Assembly: GCF_006345805.1 (NCBI RefSeq)
Contig: NC_043012.1
Span: 42,656,001-42,720,000 of the forward strand
Source of the DNA: Octopus sinensis
Taxonomy: Eukaryota
Direction of reading: 5' to 3'
DNA length: 64,000 bases
Part shown: piece after piece, positions 1 to 12,270 of the stretch
Position numbering within the stretch: the stretch's first letter is position 1
How the letters are laid out: each line of letters begins with the position of its first letter
Notes under the pieces: generated by a model
What the model was told of the DNA's origin: nothing
The model's database searches: none
The model's input: only the letters and a program-made list of their open reading frames with translations
Translations under genes and position numbers: made by a program

Positions 1-544
1 ACTTGGATGACATATCGATCAAAAGTGAATCGAGAGACCAACATATTCAACATATAGACAAGGTTTTCAAACGAATAAGCGATTATGGGTTTAAAGTGTG
101 GATAAATGTGAATTTTTCTTGACAAAAATAAAGTACTTAGGACAGATGAAAACCAGACCCTTCTAGGATTGATGCCATAAAAAAAAAAAATGCTTGCTCC
201 CACTAACAAAACAACACTACAAGCATTTTTAGGTCTGGTAAGCTATTACCAGCTGTACATACCTAAAATGTATGAGCTAAGAGCTCCTTTGAACAAGTTG
301 CTAAAGAAGGACTTGAAATGAGATTAGACAAACGAATGTCAGAAAGCATTCGAGGAATTAAAAAAGCAGTTAACATCAGAGTTATCATAAACTCATTTCA
401 ACCCAAACCTGAAAATAATTGTGGCATCGGATGCCAGTGAATATGGTATAGGAGCTGTGATATTGCATGAATTTAATGTTGGTAAAATCAAAGTTATTGC
501 ACATGCATCGAGAGTTCTATTACCAGCGGAAAGAAATTACAGCC

Positions 545-777
545 TGAGGCAGTGAGGTGGCAGAAACGTTAGCACACAGGGTGAGATGCTTAGCAGTATT
601 TCATCTGCCATTACGTTCTGAGTTCAAATTCTGCTGAGGTCAACTTTGCCTTTCATCCTTTCGGGGTTGATAAATTAAGTATGAGTTACGCACTGAGGTC
701 AATGTAATTGTCTTAATCCCTTTGTCTGTTCTTGTTTGTCCCCTCTATGTTTAGTCCCTTGTGGGCAATAAAGAAAT
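545..777 (+). mobile_element. tRNA-derived SINE inserted in the Gypsy RNase H, with 14-bp TSD
   Basis: TSD aagaaattacagcc (531-544) / aagaaactacagcc (778-791). A/B-box-like head (GAGTTCAAATTC). Removing the insert restores [11 protein letters not shown]. Confidence 0.9.
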
Positions 778-1207
778 AAGAAACTACAGCCAGATTGAAA
801 AAGAGGTGTTATCATTAATCTTTGCAGTAAAAAAACTCCATAAATTCTTACATGGGAGGAAGTTTACACTGCAAACGGATCACCAACCGTTACTGTCTAT
901 TTTTGGTTCGTAAAAGAGTATCCCCATGCACTCAGCAAACTGCTTACAGTGCTGGGGGACTACCCTGTTGAACTATGATTTCCAGATGGAGTTTTTGCCA
1001 TCAATGAAAATGAGTCATGCAGACGGACTGTCTAGGCTAATTCCAAAATATGAGGAACCTTTTGAAAACACGGTGATTGCATTGTTAAAACTAGAAATGG
1101 AACTGAAGAACATTTTGTGCAATGTAGTACATGATTTGCCAGTAATGCTGGAACAAATTAAATTGGAATCAGGAAAAGATAGGTTCATAAACAAGATTTA
1201 AAAAATT

Positions 1208-2366
1208 ATGAGTAACATGAAAAATATAAATGAGCAGAACACAGGTTCAAAGCACTATTCGGTATGTGATGAGGTATTATTATATGCACAAAGAGTGGTA
1301 ATACCTGAAGCACTGCAATACAGAGTATTAAAAGACTTCCATGTAGGACATCTGGGGATTGTCTGGATGAAGAGCCTCATGAGGAGTTACATTTACTGGC
1401 CAAATATGGACAAGCAAATTGAGAGACTGGTAAAACAGTGTAGGGGATGCGCTATGGCAGTAAAGGCACCCCCAGTGCAGATCCAACCATGGCCAAAAAT
1501 GGATTCGGCATGGTCTAGACTGCATGTGGATTTCGCAGGACCAATAAATGGCTTTCATTATATCATCGTGGTGGATAGCTATTCCAAATGGCCTAAAGTG
1601 TGTAAATTTTCAAGGCCAACCACAAGTGTGACAACTGACTTCTTGGGAGAATTATTCGCTCGTTATGAGGTGCCAGATACAATCGCATCAGATAATGGTA
1701 CACAATTCACAGTGAAGGAGTTCGAAAGATTCTGTGAGTCAGTTCAAATGAAGCATGTGTTAACTCTGCCATACCATCCAAGGTCAAATGGGTTAGCAGA
1801 AAGATTCATCGACACATTCAAGAGAGCTTTAAGAAAGACCAGATGGGAGACCCTTGAAGATACAAAGATGACAAAGTTTTTGCAGGTGTATAGAATAACA
1901 ACGAATCCAAATGCAGAGTTGGGTAGGGTCACCTGCAGATTTGATGTTTTCCAGAAAAATTCGTTCTAGTTTTGATAAATTGTTGCAGAGTAGGAAACAG
2001 AAAATAGAAAGTTCAGGAAGAAGAACAAAATTTTTTAACACAGGTGACGAGGTGTATTTTAAAATATATAGAAATGGAAAACAAGACTGGGAACAAGGAA
2101 GTATAACTGGACATCTGGGTAATGTGATGTACATGGTAAAAGGACCAAAATATGAACACAGAAGGCATGTAAACCAATTAAAAAAAAGATATACTAAAAA
2201 TCAAGAGAGGCAAGAGGAACCAATGGATATATGGTATGATTTGTTCAAGGTCCCAGAACCACAAGCAGAACCAACACGTAGGTCAAACAGGAAGAGAAAA
2301 CCTACAGAAATTATGGAAATTAATGCTAAGAGAAAAAGATATGCCAGTTTCTCACCGAGGAAATAA
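1208..2366 (+). pseudogene. Gypsy integrase (two frameshifted ORFs, 1208-1969 and 1911-2366)
   Basis: Zinc-binding H2C2, D-D-E core and C-terminal SH3-like segment (GDEVYFK...GSITGHLGNVMYMV). Confidence 0.92.
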
Positions 2367-2415
2367 AATTGATAAATTTGGGTTTAGAAAAAAAAAAACT
2401 CTCAAAAAGGGGAGG

Positions 2416-2633
2416 TGTTGTGTGGACACCCCCAGATGATAAGTAGGCTAGTCCTATATGTATCAATAGTGGACGTGATAGCTAGTCATAGAAGCATTGC
2501 ATAGAGAGAGCCGGGGCCGTCAATAGACTAGACATTGAGTTCTGTTGAGTCGAGTTGTCGGAAGTGAGAGTTTGGTAGTTGAGTAGAGGTACGTTATTGA
2601 TGAAGGCACGCCAGCTGAATGTGCGATATAACA
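2416..2633 (+). repeat. 3' LTR of Gypsy family A
   Basis: Starts TGTTG directly after the PPT and ends TATAACA. Its 5' end resembles the LTR at 47452-47649. Confidence 0.7.
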
Positions 2634-3764
2634 ATAACCTTAATGGCTTGTAACTTTTTTGCTATTAGTTTCTGGAGAAAATTAATGTGGTTTTTGTCAT
2701 TATCATACAAATGTACATCAGCATAGAAAATTTGAAAAAAAATTCCGTGGGGAGAAATTTAAAAAGATGCTAAATTAAAAAAAATGAAAATTTGAAAAAA
2801 TAAATGTATCAGTTTAAAGGAAATAGGAAAAATTAGAACTTGAATTAAAACTGAATTAATCCATCTTGAAATACTTCACAGTATCCTATCTCCAAGAAGC
2901 TGAACACTGCACAATTATCCCATCTCTGAATGCTACCACATGTTCAAAATGTATTCTGAAAATTGTGCAATGAACAGTAATTCAGTGTATTGAGAGCTGT
3001 TTACAGAGTGCTAATACTCGTATCTAGAGTGATGAGCATAGTACAGGGTCCTTATGTCTAAAAACGTTTTCATGACACTGTGTTTTGAGAGTACAAACAC
3101 AGAACAGTGACCTGAAGCACAGAGACCAATATACAGAAGAGTGACTATATATTGAAAGTAGTTTCACTGTACATCATGCAGTGAAACTGTCTCCAATGAA
3201 ACTTATGTCTAAAGTGCAGTACACAATAGACAGATCCCTTAGTCATGGGAACAGCACCACTGTACAGTGACATTATGCTCTGGGAGCAGTAGACAGTATA
3301 GTGACGCTCTTGAAGAGTTTATCATAACAGCTCTATGCCAAAGATTTGGTTTAAAATTTAGACTAATAAGATTAACTCAAGCAGTGTAAAGCATTTACTT
3401 TAGTACAACAGAACTGACAAGCTGGTCTAAAACTGAACATTCCAAGTTCAATTTATACAAGATTGATTTTGCTGTTAAATCTTTTATACTATCTGAGATA
3501 GTATAAAAGATTTATCCCCCAGGATTTCAATGTCAATAACTCAGAAGAGACTCCTGTATACAGGAGATTTAAGAAATGGTTGAATAGAGGGGAATTTTTC
3601 AGAATTACATAATTTTTCAGGAAGACGAAGAATCATACATTGTGTGTGTCTGCGAGTGGGTGGAAGTGGTGGTGGCATTATAAGGATGACATACTAGTGC
3701 TAATTAAATGCCAGATATTAATACCTCAGAATACAGTAAAAATATGAACAAACATTTAACGTAC

Positions 3765-3852
3765 CGACCGTCATCAGCATGGTAGCCAATTGAATCAACA
3801 TTCCAGCCAGGTTGACAGTCAAGAGGATACCGTGATGGTCCTAGACCAATGG
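3765..3852 (-). CDS. SPRYD3: SPRY domain-containing protein 3, coding exon 3 (A|IGLGPSRYPLDCQPGWNVDSIGYHADDG|R)
   Basis: Acceptor ttctgcag| at 3853 and donor |gtacgt at 3764. 88 nt, phase 1 in and phase 2 out. The SPRY motif PGW...S.GYHADDG matches my recollection of vertebrate SPRYD3 (QPGWLPDSVAYHADDGK). Confidence 0.92.
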
Positions 3853-3876
3853 CTGCAGAACAGAACAAAAACAATA

Positions 3877-4011
3877 TGTGTGTGTGTGTGTGTGTTATAC
3901 ATGCAGAACATGCATGCACACATATCTCTCCCTCTCTCCCTCTCTCTCTCCCTCTCCCTCTCTCTCTCCCTCTCTCTCTCTCCCTCTCTCTCTCTCTCCT
4001 CTCTCCCTCTC

Positions 4012-4078
<67 letters not shown>

Positions 4079-4110
4079 CTATATATACATACATATATAT
4101 ATATGTTGTA
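3877..4110. repeat. compound microsatellite (TG)n-(CT)n-(TA)n
   Basis: Direct inspection. Confidence 0.95.
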
Positions 4111-4489
4111 TAAAGGTAAACACATTTTTTCTTCTTTCTCTCTTCCTTCCTTTCCTTCTCTTTTCCATTGACACTACTTTCAGATACAAAGGCACACACA
4201 CACACACACACACATGCACTCTCTCTCACTTTCTCCCCATTCCTCACCCTCTTTTACTATCCTATATCTCTCTCCACCACTACACACTCAATAATACTAT
4301 AAAAAGAGACAAATTTCCTGAAGAAATTAAATCGTAAGAATCCACTAGAGTGGATGCAAGCGCTAATATATGATTTATAAAAACATGTGACATATTAATA
4401 AATACCTGTAAATATAAAACCATCCAGATTTCTGAGTACCTTATTTCTTCTAATATATAATACCTGTACAAAATCACATTTTGCTATTT

Positions 4490-5640
4490 TTGTTTAGATA
4501 TGGCTAAGTTGGAAATTCATATAGTTTTGAAATATGAGTTCTTTCTTGGAAATACAGCATCACAGAATATTAACAGAGTATTTCATTCTAATGTTATTAT
4601 ACAGCAGACAGTATCAAATTGGTTTGCAAAATTTCATTCTGGTAACTTTGACCTCACAAATGAGCAACATAGTCGACCAGAAACAAAGTGCCTATGAATT
4701 ATTGATGTTGTTTGGTGTTAGTAAGCAAACAATATTGACTCACCTAATTCAAATCAGTAAAGTGAAAAAGTTGGATAAGTGAGTTCTACATAAACTCAAT
4801 GAAAATAAGAAACAGCAACATTATGCTACTTTCACAAAAATGAATAATTTTTCAAGCGAATTGTAACATGTGATAAGAAATGGATCCAATACCCTCTCTC
4901 TCTTTCGGAGAGGCACAAGCACCTACACGCACATATACACACACGGCAGTAACTTCCGCCTGCCGAATTCAATCACAAAGCTTCGGTCGGCTCGGGGCTA
5001 TAGTGGAAGACACCTAACCAAAGTGCCACGCAGTGGGACTGAACCCGAAGCCATGTAGCTAGGAAGCAAGCTCCCTAACCACACAGCCATGCCCGAACAA
5101 CCGTAAACGATCAGCACAATGGTTGGACAAAGATGAGCCACCAAAACACAGTCCAAAAAGCAAAATTCATCAAAAGAAGCTGATGGTGTGTGTTTGGTGG
5201 TGTGATCCATCGTGATTTCATTGAACCAGGCTCATCAAACATGGCCGAAGTATACTACAGCCAACTGGACCAAATGATGCAGAAACTTACAAAATAACAG
5301 CCTAGCTTAGTCAACAGATCCACTCCTATTTTATTGCAAGACAACGCCAGACCATGCATCGCAAAAATGACATTGGCAAAACTACAGGAGTTGGAGTTCG
5401 AAGGTCTCCATCATCTACCATACCCATTTTATCTTGCCTCCACTGACTACCACTTCTTCCAGAATTTGGATAACCTTTTGATGGGAAAACAATATAATTC
5501 CGACGATGCTGTAAAACAGGCCTTCCAAGAATTTACCGACTCTAGATTGCCAGGCTATTAAATTTCCAGGCTGGACAAGCTACTGCTGAAATGGCAACAG
5601 TTTATTGACAATATGGGTGCATACTTTGATGAATAAAACT
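4490..5640 (+). mobile_element. decayed mariner transposase, interrupted by a SINE
   Basis: HTH region (YEFFLGNTASQ...WFAKFHSGNFDL) and catalytic motifs QDNARP and LASTDYHFF. Confidence 0.85.
4888..5095 (-). mobile_element. tRNA-derived SINE (5' part)
   Basis: Reverse complement gives a tRNA-like head with B box GGTTCAGTCCC, shared with 5812-6198. Confidence 0.8.
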
Positions 5641-5643
5641 CTC

Positions 5644-6198
5644 TCTTTACTCTTTTACTTGTTTCAGTCATTTGACTGTGGCCATGCTGGAGCACCACCT
5701 TTAATCGAGCAACTCGACCCCAGGACTTATTCTTTGTAAGCCCAGTACTTATTCTATCGGCCTCTTTTTGCCGAACCGCTAAGTGACTATTACTTGTATT
5801 TATAAAACATTACTCTTTTACTTGTTTCAGTCATTTGACTGCGGCCATGCTGGAGCACCACCTTTAGTCGAGCAAATCGACCCTAGGACTTATTCTTTGT
5901 AAGCTTAGTACTTATTCTATTGGTCTCTTTTGCTGAACTACTAAGTTACGGGGTCTTAAACACACCAGCATCAGTTGTCAAGTGATGTTGGGGGGACAAA
6001 CACACACACAAACACATACACACATATATATACATATATACAATGATCTTTCAGTTTCCGTCTACCAAATCCACTCACAAGGCTTTGGTTGGCCTGAGGC
6101 TACAGTAGAAGACACTTGCCCAAGGTGCCACGCAGTGGGACTGAACCCAGAACCATGTGGTTGGTAAGCAAGCTACTTACCACAGCCACTCCTGTGCC
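5644..6198 (-). mobile_element. abundant tRNA-SINE: full copy 5812-6198 plus 3' fragment 5644-5790
   Basis: Head GGCACAGGAGTGGCTGTGGTAAG...GGTTCAGTCCC and tail ...GACTGAAACAAGTAAAAGAG. Related pieces at 9165-9385 and 36042-36085. Confidence 0.85.
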
Positions 6199-6339
6199 AT
6201 TAGCAAACTTTTTTCTTTTTTACAAATTTCATACTTGATGATCTAACATATTTAAAGTTAAATAGGTATGATTAGCATTATTAATAATAATAAGATAATA
6301 AAGTGGCCAGCAAGTTTACACTTCTAAAGGCAAAATACA

Positions 6340-6594
6340 AACAAAATTCAGTAGGGTATTAAAATACTACTTGCTATAAACAGAGCAATCGCTCTAAAAC
6401 CACAGATTACTCCTATAAAAAATGAGCTTAAGTATGTTTTTCATACAGAAAGTGAAATCAATTGATCCTGGAATATACACATTCCTTACTTCTTTGTTGC
6501 ATTCACCATGTGTATTTTAATATTGAGTAATTTGTGGTTTTAGAGCAATAGCTCTTTAAAGCAAGTAGTATTTTAATACCTTACTGAATTTTGT
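6340..6594. mobile_element. MITE with ~70-bp terminal inverted repeats
   Basis: acaaaattcagtagggtattaaaatactacttgct... / ...agcaagtagtattttaataccttactgaattttgt. Confidence 0.75.
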
Positions 6595-6658
6595 TCATAT
6601 ATATATATATATGTGTGTGTGTGTGTATGTGTGTATATATATATATATAATATATATA

Positions 6659-6694
<36 letters not shown>

Positions 6695-6739
6695 TATGTG
6701 TATATATATATATGTATGTATATATGTGTGTGTGTGTAT

Positions 6740-6785
<46 letters not shown>

Positions 6786-6832
6786 GTATGTATGTATATG
6801 TGGTGTGTGTATATATATAATATATATATGTA

Positions 6833-6868
<36 letters not shown>

Positions 6869-6905
6869 TGTATATGTGTGTGTGTATATATAATATATAT
6901 ATATA

Positions 6906-7732
6906 TGGTCATGTGGCGAGAATGGATGAAGATAGTTGTGTGAAAAAGTGCCACACCCTAGCGGTTGAGGGAACCTGTGGAAGAGGCAGACCCAGGAAAA
7001 CCTGGGACGAGGTGGTGAAGCACGACCTTCGAACTTTAGGTCTCACTGAGGAAATGACTAGAGACCGAGACCTCTGGAAGTGTGCTGTGCGCGAGAAGAC
7101 CCGGCAGGACAAGTGAGTCCACAACCCGTGGCCTTCTACATGGGATGGAGCCAGCCTACGTATGCATACCTTCCCTTCTTGGGACACAAAACTCTACTTG
7201 TGAAGACGTGTTGAGGCAAGTGAGGATCAGAATCGAAATCGATCAATGGAAATTGCGGATGTGCTACCAGTGCCGGTGGCATGTCGAAACTCTGCTTGTG
7301 AAGACCCATTGAGGCAAGTGAGGATCAGAATCGAAATCGATCAATGGAAATCGATCAATGGAAATTGCAGATGTGTTACCAGTGCCGGTGGCATGTAAGA
7401 GAACTTTCCGTTTCGCGACCGTTGCCAGCACCGCCCCGTTTCGTGTCCGTTGCCAGCCTCGCCTGGCCCTCGTGCCGGTGGCACATAAAAAGCACCATCC
7501 GTTCGTGGCCGTTTGCCAGCTCTGTCTGGCACCAGTGCGGGTGGCACGTAAAAAGCACCCACTACACTCACGGAGTGGTTGGCGTTAGGAAGGGCATCCA
7601 GCCGTAGAAACACTGCCAGATTTGACTGGGCCTGATGAAGCCTTCTGGCTTCACAGACCCCAGTAGAACCGTCCAACCCATGCTAGCATGGAAAACGGAC
7701 GCTAAATGATGATGATGATGATGATGATGATG

Positions 7733-7733
<1 letters not shown>
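6906..7733 (+). mobile_element. RTE LINE (PHD family) 3' fragment with 3' UTR and (GAT)n tail
   Basis: GHVARMDED...[17 protein letters not shown] and the same terminal module as 20954-23378. Confidence 0.9.
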
Positions 7734-7766
<33 letters not shown>

Positions 7767-7786
7767 GTATGTATATGTGGTGTGTG

Positions 7787-7833
<47 letters not shown>

Positions 7834-7893
7834 ATATATAAGAAAGAGGCTTGGAGAAGCCATTATGAGAGACTGCTGAATGTGGAGAATGAG

Positions 7894-8460
7894 TGGCACT
7901 TCTTTGCTACTTCTCATGACAAGGGACCTTGTGATGGTTTAGGAGGTACAATTAAACAAATGGCAGCTTGGGGCAGGTTTACAACACCCTTTCAAGAAAT
8001 AAACCATGACTCAAGACAACTTTATGATCATGGTCAGCAAAACATTCCTGGGATTAATTTTATCTACTCTTCAAATGTTGAATGAGGAAAATCTATTGAG
8101 AGAGAGATTTAGAAATGCAAGGACAATTCCAGGGACATAAAAGTTGCGATATCTACAATAGATAATTATAATAAAACTAGAATCTCCATGCAAAATATTC
8201 AATTTGAGGACATAAAAGGGTTTGTAACTGCAATTTATGATGGTAAGTGGTGGTTAGCCTGTGTTCTTGAAAGAGACCCAGAAACTATGCAAGTAAAACT
8301 CACCTTTCTTGAACCTAAAAGACTCTCATCATTATTTCAGTATCCTAGGAAGTCAGATATTTTAAGTGGGTTATTTAGACATCCTTTGTAAATTTGACCC
8401 CAGAACCACTACACGAAGAACATTTCAACAGAAAAAGAAATGAAAAATGCATCACAATAA
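7894..8460 (+). mobile_element. DNA transposase fragment, Chapaev3/CMC-like (tentative)
   Basis: WHFFATSHDKGPCDGLGGTIK and FVTAIYDGKWWLACV. Superfamily assigned from memory of the HGKGPCDG motif. Confidence 0.6.
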
Positions 8461-8864
8461 TTTCAAGAAAATTGTCTCATTAACAAGTCCCAAATCATTT
8501 AAAGCAAGGCAAGGGTAAGAGGTTGGGACATGTGGTTTCATCTGCTAAGCAATCAGGAGTAGCCCCTGAGGTGAAGGGGATGCCAACAATTTGTTTGATG
8601 ATTTTAAGTGTTGGCAGTGGCATTGCAACCACTGACCATAGAAAAGCTGAAAAGTGGTTACAATTAAAGTAGACATCATTATTGAAATAATAAAAATGCT
8701 TATTTTGATTATCAGCATTTTATTTCTCCTTCAAGCTCAAATTGTTTTGCTTAGTACACCATTTTTGATAATTTGTCACTAAAAATTAAAAATACTTCCC
8801 ATTGAGAATCCAGTATGAATTTTTAATCGATGACTGGGTCTTTTGACCTGTCAAAGGTCAAATT

Positions 8865-8990
8865 TGAGGTCAACTTTGCCTTTCGCCCTTTTAGGGTCAA
8901 TAAATTAAGTACCAGTTGTGTACTGGGGTCAATCTAATCAACTGGCCCCCCTCCCCATAAAATTTTCAGGCCCAGAAAAGTATATTGTGA
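8865..8990 (+). mobile_element. SINE central/3' fragment (same central domain as 545-777)
   Basis: gaggtcaactttgcctttc...taaattaagta. Confidence 0.7.
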
Positions 8991-9164
8991 TAGTTACAGA
9001 ATATAGAAAGTAATGTAACACCAATGACTATATAATCCAACCAAAATATCTCAGTTACACAAACGTAAACGGAATTACTATTTAACCTTAGAATACATCG
9101 TACATATTCAAAGAACCTTATTGGTTTGGTGGTATGGAACATTTTTCTGGTATTATTTCATTCG

Positions 9165-9385
9165 ACGGGGGCCATGCTGGAGCACCGCCCTTTAGTCAAA
9201 AAAATTGACCCCTGGACTTATTCCCTGTAAGCCTGGTGCTTATTCTATCAGTCTCTTCTGCTGAACAGCTAAATTACAGGGACGCAAATGCACCAACATT
9301 GGTTGTCAAGCAATGATGGTGGTCAGACAAACACCGACACAAACACACACACACATACATATATACATACATACATGTATATATA
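9165..9385 (-). mobile_element. tRNA-SINE 3' part
   Basis: Homologous to 5840-6030. Confidence 0.75.
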
Positions 9386-9559
9386 GATGATGGGTAGAGG
9401 TGATGCTGGCTGGTGCAATTTTGTGGTTTGCTGGTATGCCAAGAGAGATCCAGCGGGCCCCTAACTGGTTCCCCGATCTTAAAGGTGTAATGTGGATGTG
9501 TAATGATAGAGCGGCTGGTGTGGTGGTGAGGCTAGCTGGTGCAGTGGTCTTCCTCACTG

Positions 9560-10440
9560 TACTTCATGGCAGACAATATTTTGTGTGCATGTCACACCAC
9601 GTTTTTGGCCTTGTCTGCTATCCTAATTGAGTGTCATAACTCTTACTTTGATAAATGCGACATATAATTGGTCATGAGAAAATACTGGTTGAGGTGCCAC
9701 GCAGTGGGACTGAACCCAGAACCATGTGGTTGGTAAGCAAGCTACTTACCACAGCCACTCCTGTGCCATTAGCAAACTTTTTTTCTTTTTTACAAATTTC
9801 ATACTTGATGATCTAACATATTTAAAGTTAAATAGGTATGATTAGCATTATTAATAATAATAAGATAATAAAGTGGCCAGCAAGTTTACACTTGTAAACT
9901 TTTGCGAATGTTTGCCCTTGAGCCTTATTAATTGTCACTGAATATGCAAGTCGAAGTGGAAACTGAAGTCTGTTTGGTGTGAATGGAATATTTTCATCAC
10001 TTGGGCCAAGTTTAATTCTGGGAATTAGAACTGTACGACCTCTGTTGGAGCCTCTTACCAATGATGCCTCTACACAATGTTCATGAAGTCTTTGCACTTT
10101 CATGCAAGTTCCATTACATAATCCTTGACTGATCAAAAGATTTCTTAGCAGAATTACAATAGCCCCTACTTTTAAGTTGAGACAATGAGGAGGCAAACCG
10201 GATGGAGTGAGTGAGTTTATGAATTCAAATGGATAGTTCTGAACCTCCTCTTCATTATTGCAGGACACTGAATCTGTGCTTAAGTATGTTTTAAGTGCCT
10301 CTGGTATAATATTAAGAACTTTTTCATTTATTGCAAGACAGTCAGAATTTTTAGGAGATAAAATTACTTTTTTTTCTATTTCTTCTGGTGTACAGTTGTT
10401 GAAAATTTCTGGGTACAAATGTACAAATTGAAATGCAAAA
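9560..10440 (-). mobile_element. Helitron PIF1-type helicase C-terminal fragment, interrupted at 9692-9893
   Basis: SGLPPHCLNLKVG, GLCNGT, QFPLRLAYSVTINKAQGQTF; resumes after the insert as QPVFSHDQLYVA...TQNIV. Confidence 0.92.
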
Positions 10441-10591
10441 GAACGAAATAATAAATGGATTTATGAATGAAAGTTTGGCAATTGTATTTATTTCCACCAC
10501 GCAACACTTATTATTGCAAACATGTTTTAACTAACCTATACTATACACACACACAAATACATTCATATATATATATATATAGGTCTCAAGT

Positions 10592-10712
10592 TGTAGCTGT
10601 AATTAAAAGGGGCCAACCTTGCCATATTCTGTGTGAAGCTGAATCTCCCCGAGAACTACGTTAATGTTATGCATGTCTGTGGAGTACTCAGCCATTTGTG
10701 AGTTAATTTTAT
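10592..10712 (+). mobile_element. SINE 3' fragment (family of 13371-13738)
   Basis: ccccgagaactacgttaa...gtctgtggagtactcagcca. Confidence 0.7.
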
Positions 10713-11499
10713 CGTCGTGTGGTAATGAAAAGTGAAATTGACATCCAATATTTGCTGTGCGTATGTATCTATGTATGAACTTTTCTTTGGATTTATGTAT
10801 CTACTGTCTCTCTCACTTTCTCTTTCACTTCCTTTGTGTCCCTCTTCTCTCCCTGCTTTTGATTTAACAATGTGTATATGTATCTATGGATCTACTTCTC
10901 TCCCGATGTGATAAACATTTAAAAACACAAAACGAATGCCGTCACCACTCTCTGTCTCTTTCACTCTCTCTTTCCATCTCACTCTTTCTTTCTCTCTTAC
11001 GTCCTCTCTGAAACATTTAAAAACACAAAACAAGCTTTCAATCTTTCACCTCTCTTCCTATTTAACAATACATAATATTTGCTACAACAGGCTTTATGTT
11101 TTATAACATTAACTAGCCGGTTTATATGTGCTTTAATATATCCTATATTTTTTTCTCCCTGTTTTCTCTTCCTCTTCCCTTTCCTCTTCTTACTTTAATT
11201 CTTCTTTTCCCAACTCCCCCTTTTTGTCTTGAGCTTTTTTACTTCACTTCTCTCTCTATTATTGTCATCATTTCTTCTCTTTTCTTTTTCTTTTATTTGT
11301 GGTGTTATGTATTTTTTGTATACTTGTTTACTTATTTAATTTCTCATCTATAGCTTTTATTTTAATCTTTCATTATAATTTCAACTTTTAAATACCTAAC
11401 TTTGCAATCCTGCTTGCTATTCCTTTAAATAATATAGGTTAGTTAAGAATAAGGATATGCCGTTGGGGAGTTCTGGGCATGGGCTTCTATCTTTTCTTT

Positions 11500-11957
11500 C
11501 TCACTCATCTATGGGTGGAATATTGAGTTACCTAGTATCTTTTAAATTTCTTAAAGGTTTTGACATGTTTGTGTAAGCATCTTAAGGCTTGTTCCAACCT
11601 ACTATTAAGTAATTTGTGACTCAATGTAAAGATGTGGTACATTTCTACACACAACTCGTATCTATTTCTCACTGTTCTATACAGTTTAGTCGTACTAATT
11701 ATCTCCCACTCTGTGGTAAAGCTAAGATTCCTATCTTTAAGGGACCAGATTAGTCTGCTTAAACTCATGTTGTTCATTTTATTTCTATCTCTAAATGAAT
11801 TGAAATAATTTGCTAGTCTTTTTTTGAAATTTAGTGAGCTGGCCCTATATAGAAGTATGTCCTTCCCTCAGAAATGATCTTGCATTGATACACTAGGTTC
11901 TTCATCAAACATCTAGAGTGTAAGGGGCATATCTTATCTTTAGCACAATTACACAGA
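11500..11957 (-). mobile_element. Penelope-like element GIY-YIG endonuclease remnant
   Basis: CNC...CPL..RCL..NLVYQC...FYIG, LSRLIWSLKD...WEII, ELC, LLNSRLE...CLH. Confidence 0.85.
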
Positions 11958-12270
11958 CCTAAGCACAGCAGGTCACCCGACGATCTAGCAGGTTGTCCTA
12001 TGATCCAAGGTACTTTGAATGAGCTGGAGCTGGTTATGTGAAGCTGGTGTAGGATATGCTGTGGACGCACTTTATTTGTTGTGTCTTTACAATCACAGCA
12101 TATTTCCAGAGGTCTTGGTCTTTTGTCATTGCCTCTGTGAGGGCCAACTTTCGAAGGTCATGCTTGACCACCTCATCCCATGTCTTGCTGGGTCTACCTC
12201 TACCCCAGATTCCTTCAACTGTTTGGGAGTGGCACTTCTTCACACTGTTCTTATTATCTATTGCGTTGTA
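11958..12270 (-). mobile_element. RTE LINE 3' fragment
   Basis: [17 protein letters not shown]; 3' UTR matches 30345-30470. Confidence 0.85.

Larger units (their letters stand above)
1..2633 (+). mobile_element. Ty3/Gypsy LTR retrotransposon (family A), 3' half: RT end, RNase H, integrase, PPT, 3' LTR; decayed
   Basis: RNase H motifs [13 protein letters not shown] and NYSQIEKE...TDHQPL. Integrase HHCC (FHVGHLG...C2C) and core (LHVDFAGP, VDSYSKW, SDNGTQF, YHPRSNGLAERF). Stops and frameshifts present. PPT AAAAAGGGGAGG at 2404-2415. Confidence 0.95.

Noticed and set aside
2640-3700. Searched for the next SPRYD3 exon
   Set aside because: No SPRY-like peptide with splice sites was found; the next exon is probably outside the window
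7632-7652. CUGAUGA followed by a hairpin in the RTE terminal module (also at 15300-15315, minus)
   Set aside because: No GAAA or stem III follows, and other copies read CTGGTGC, so it is not a hammerhead
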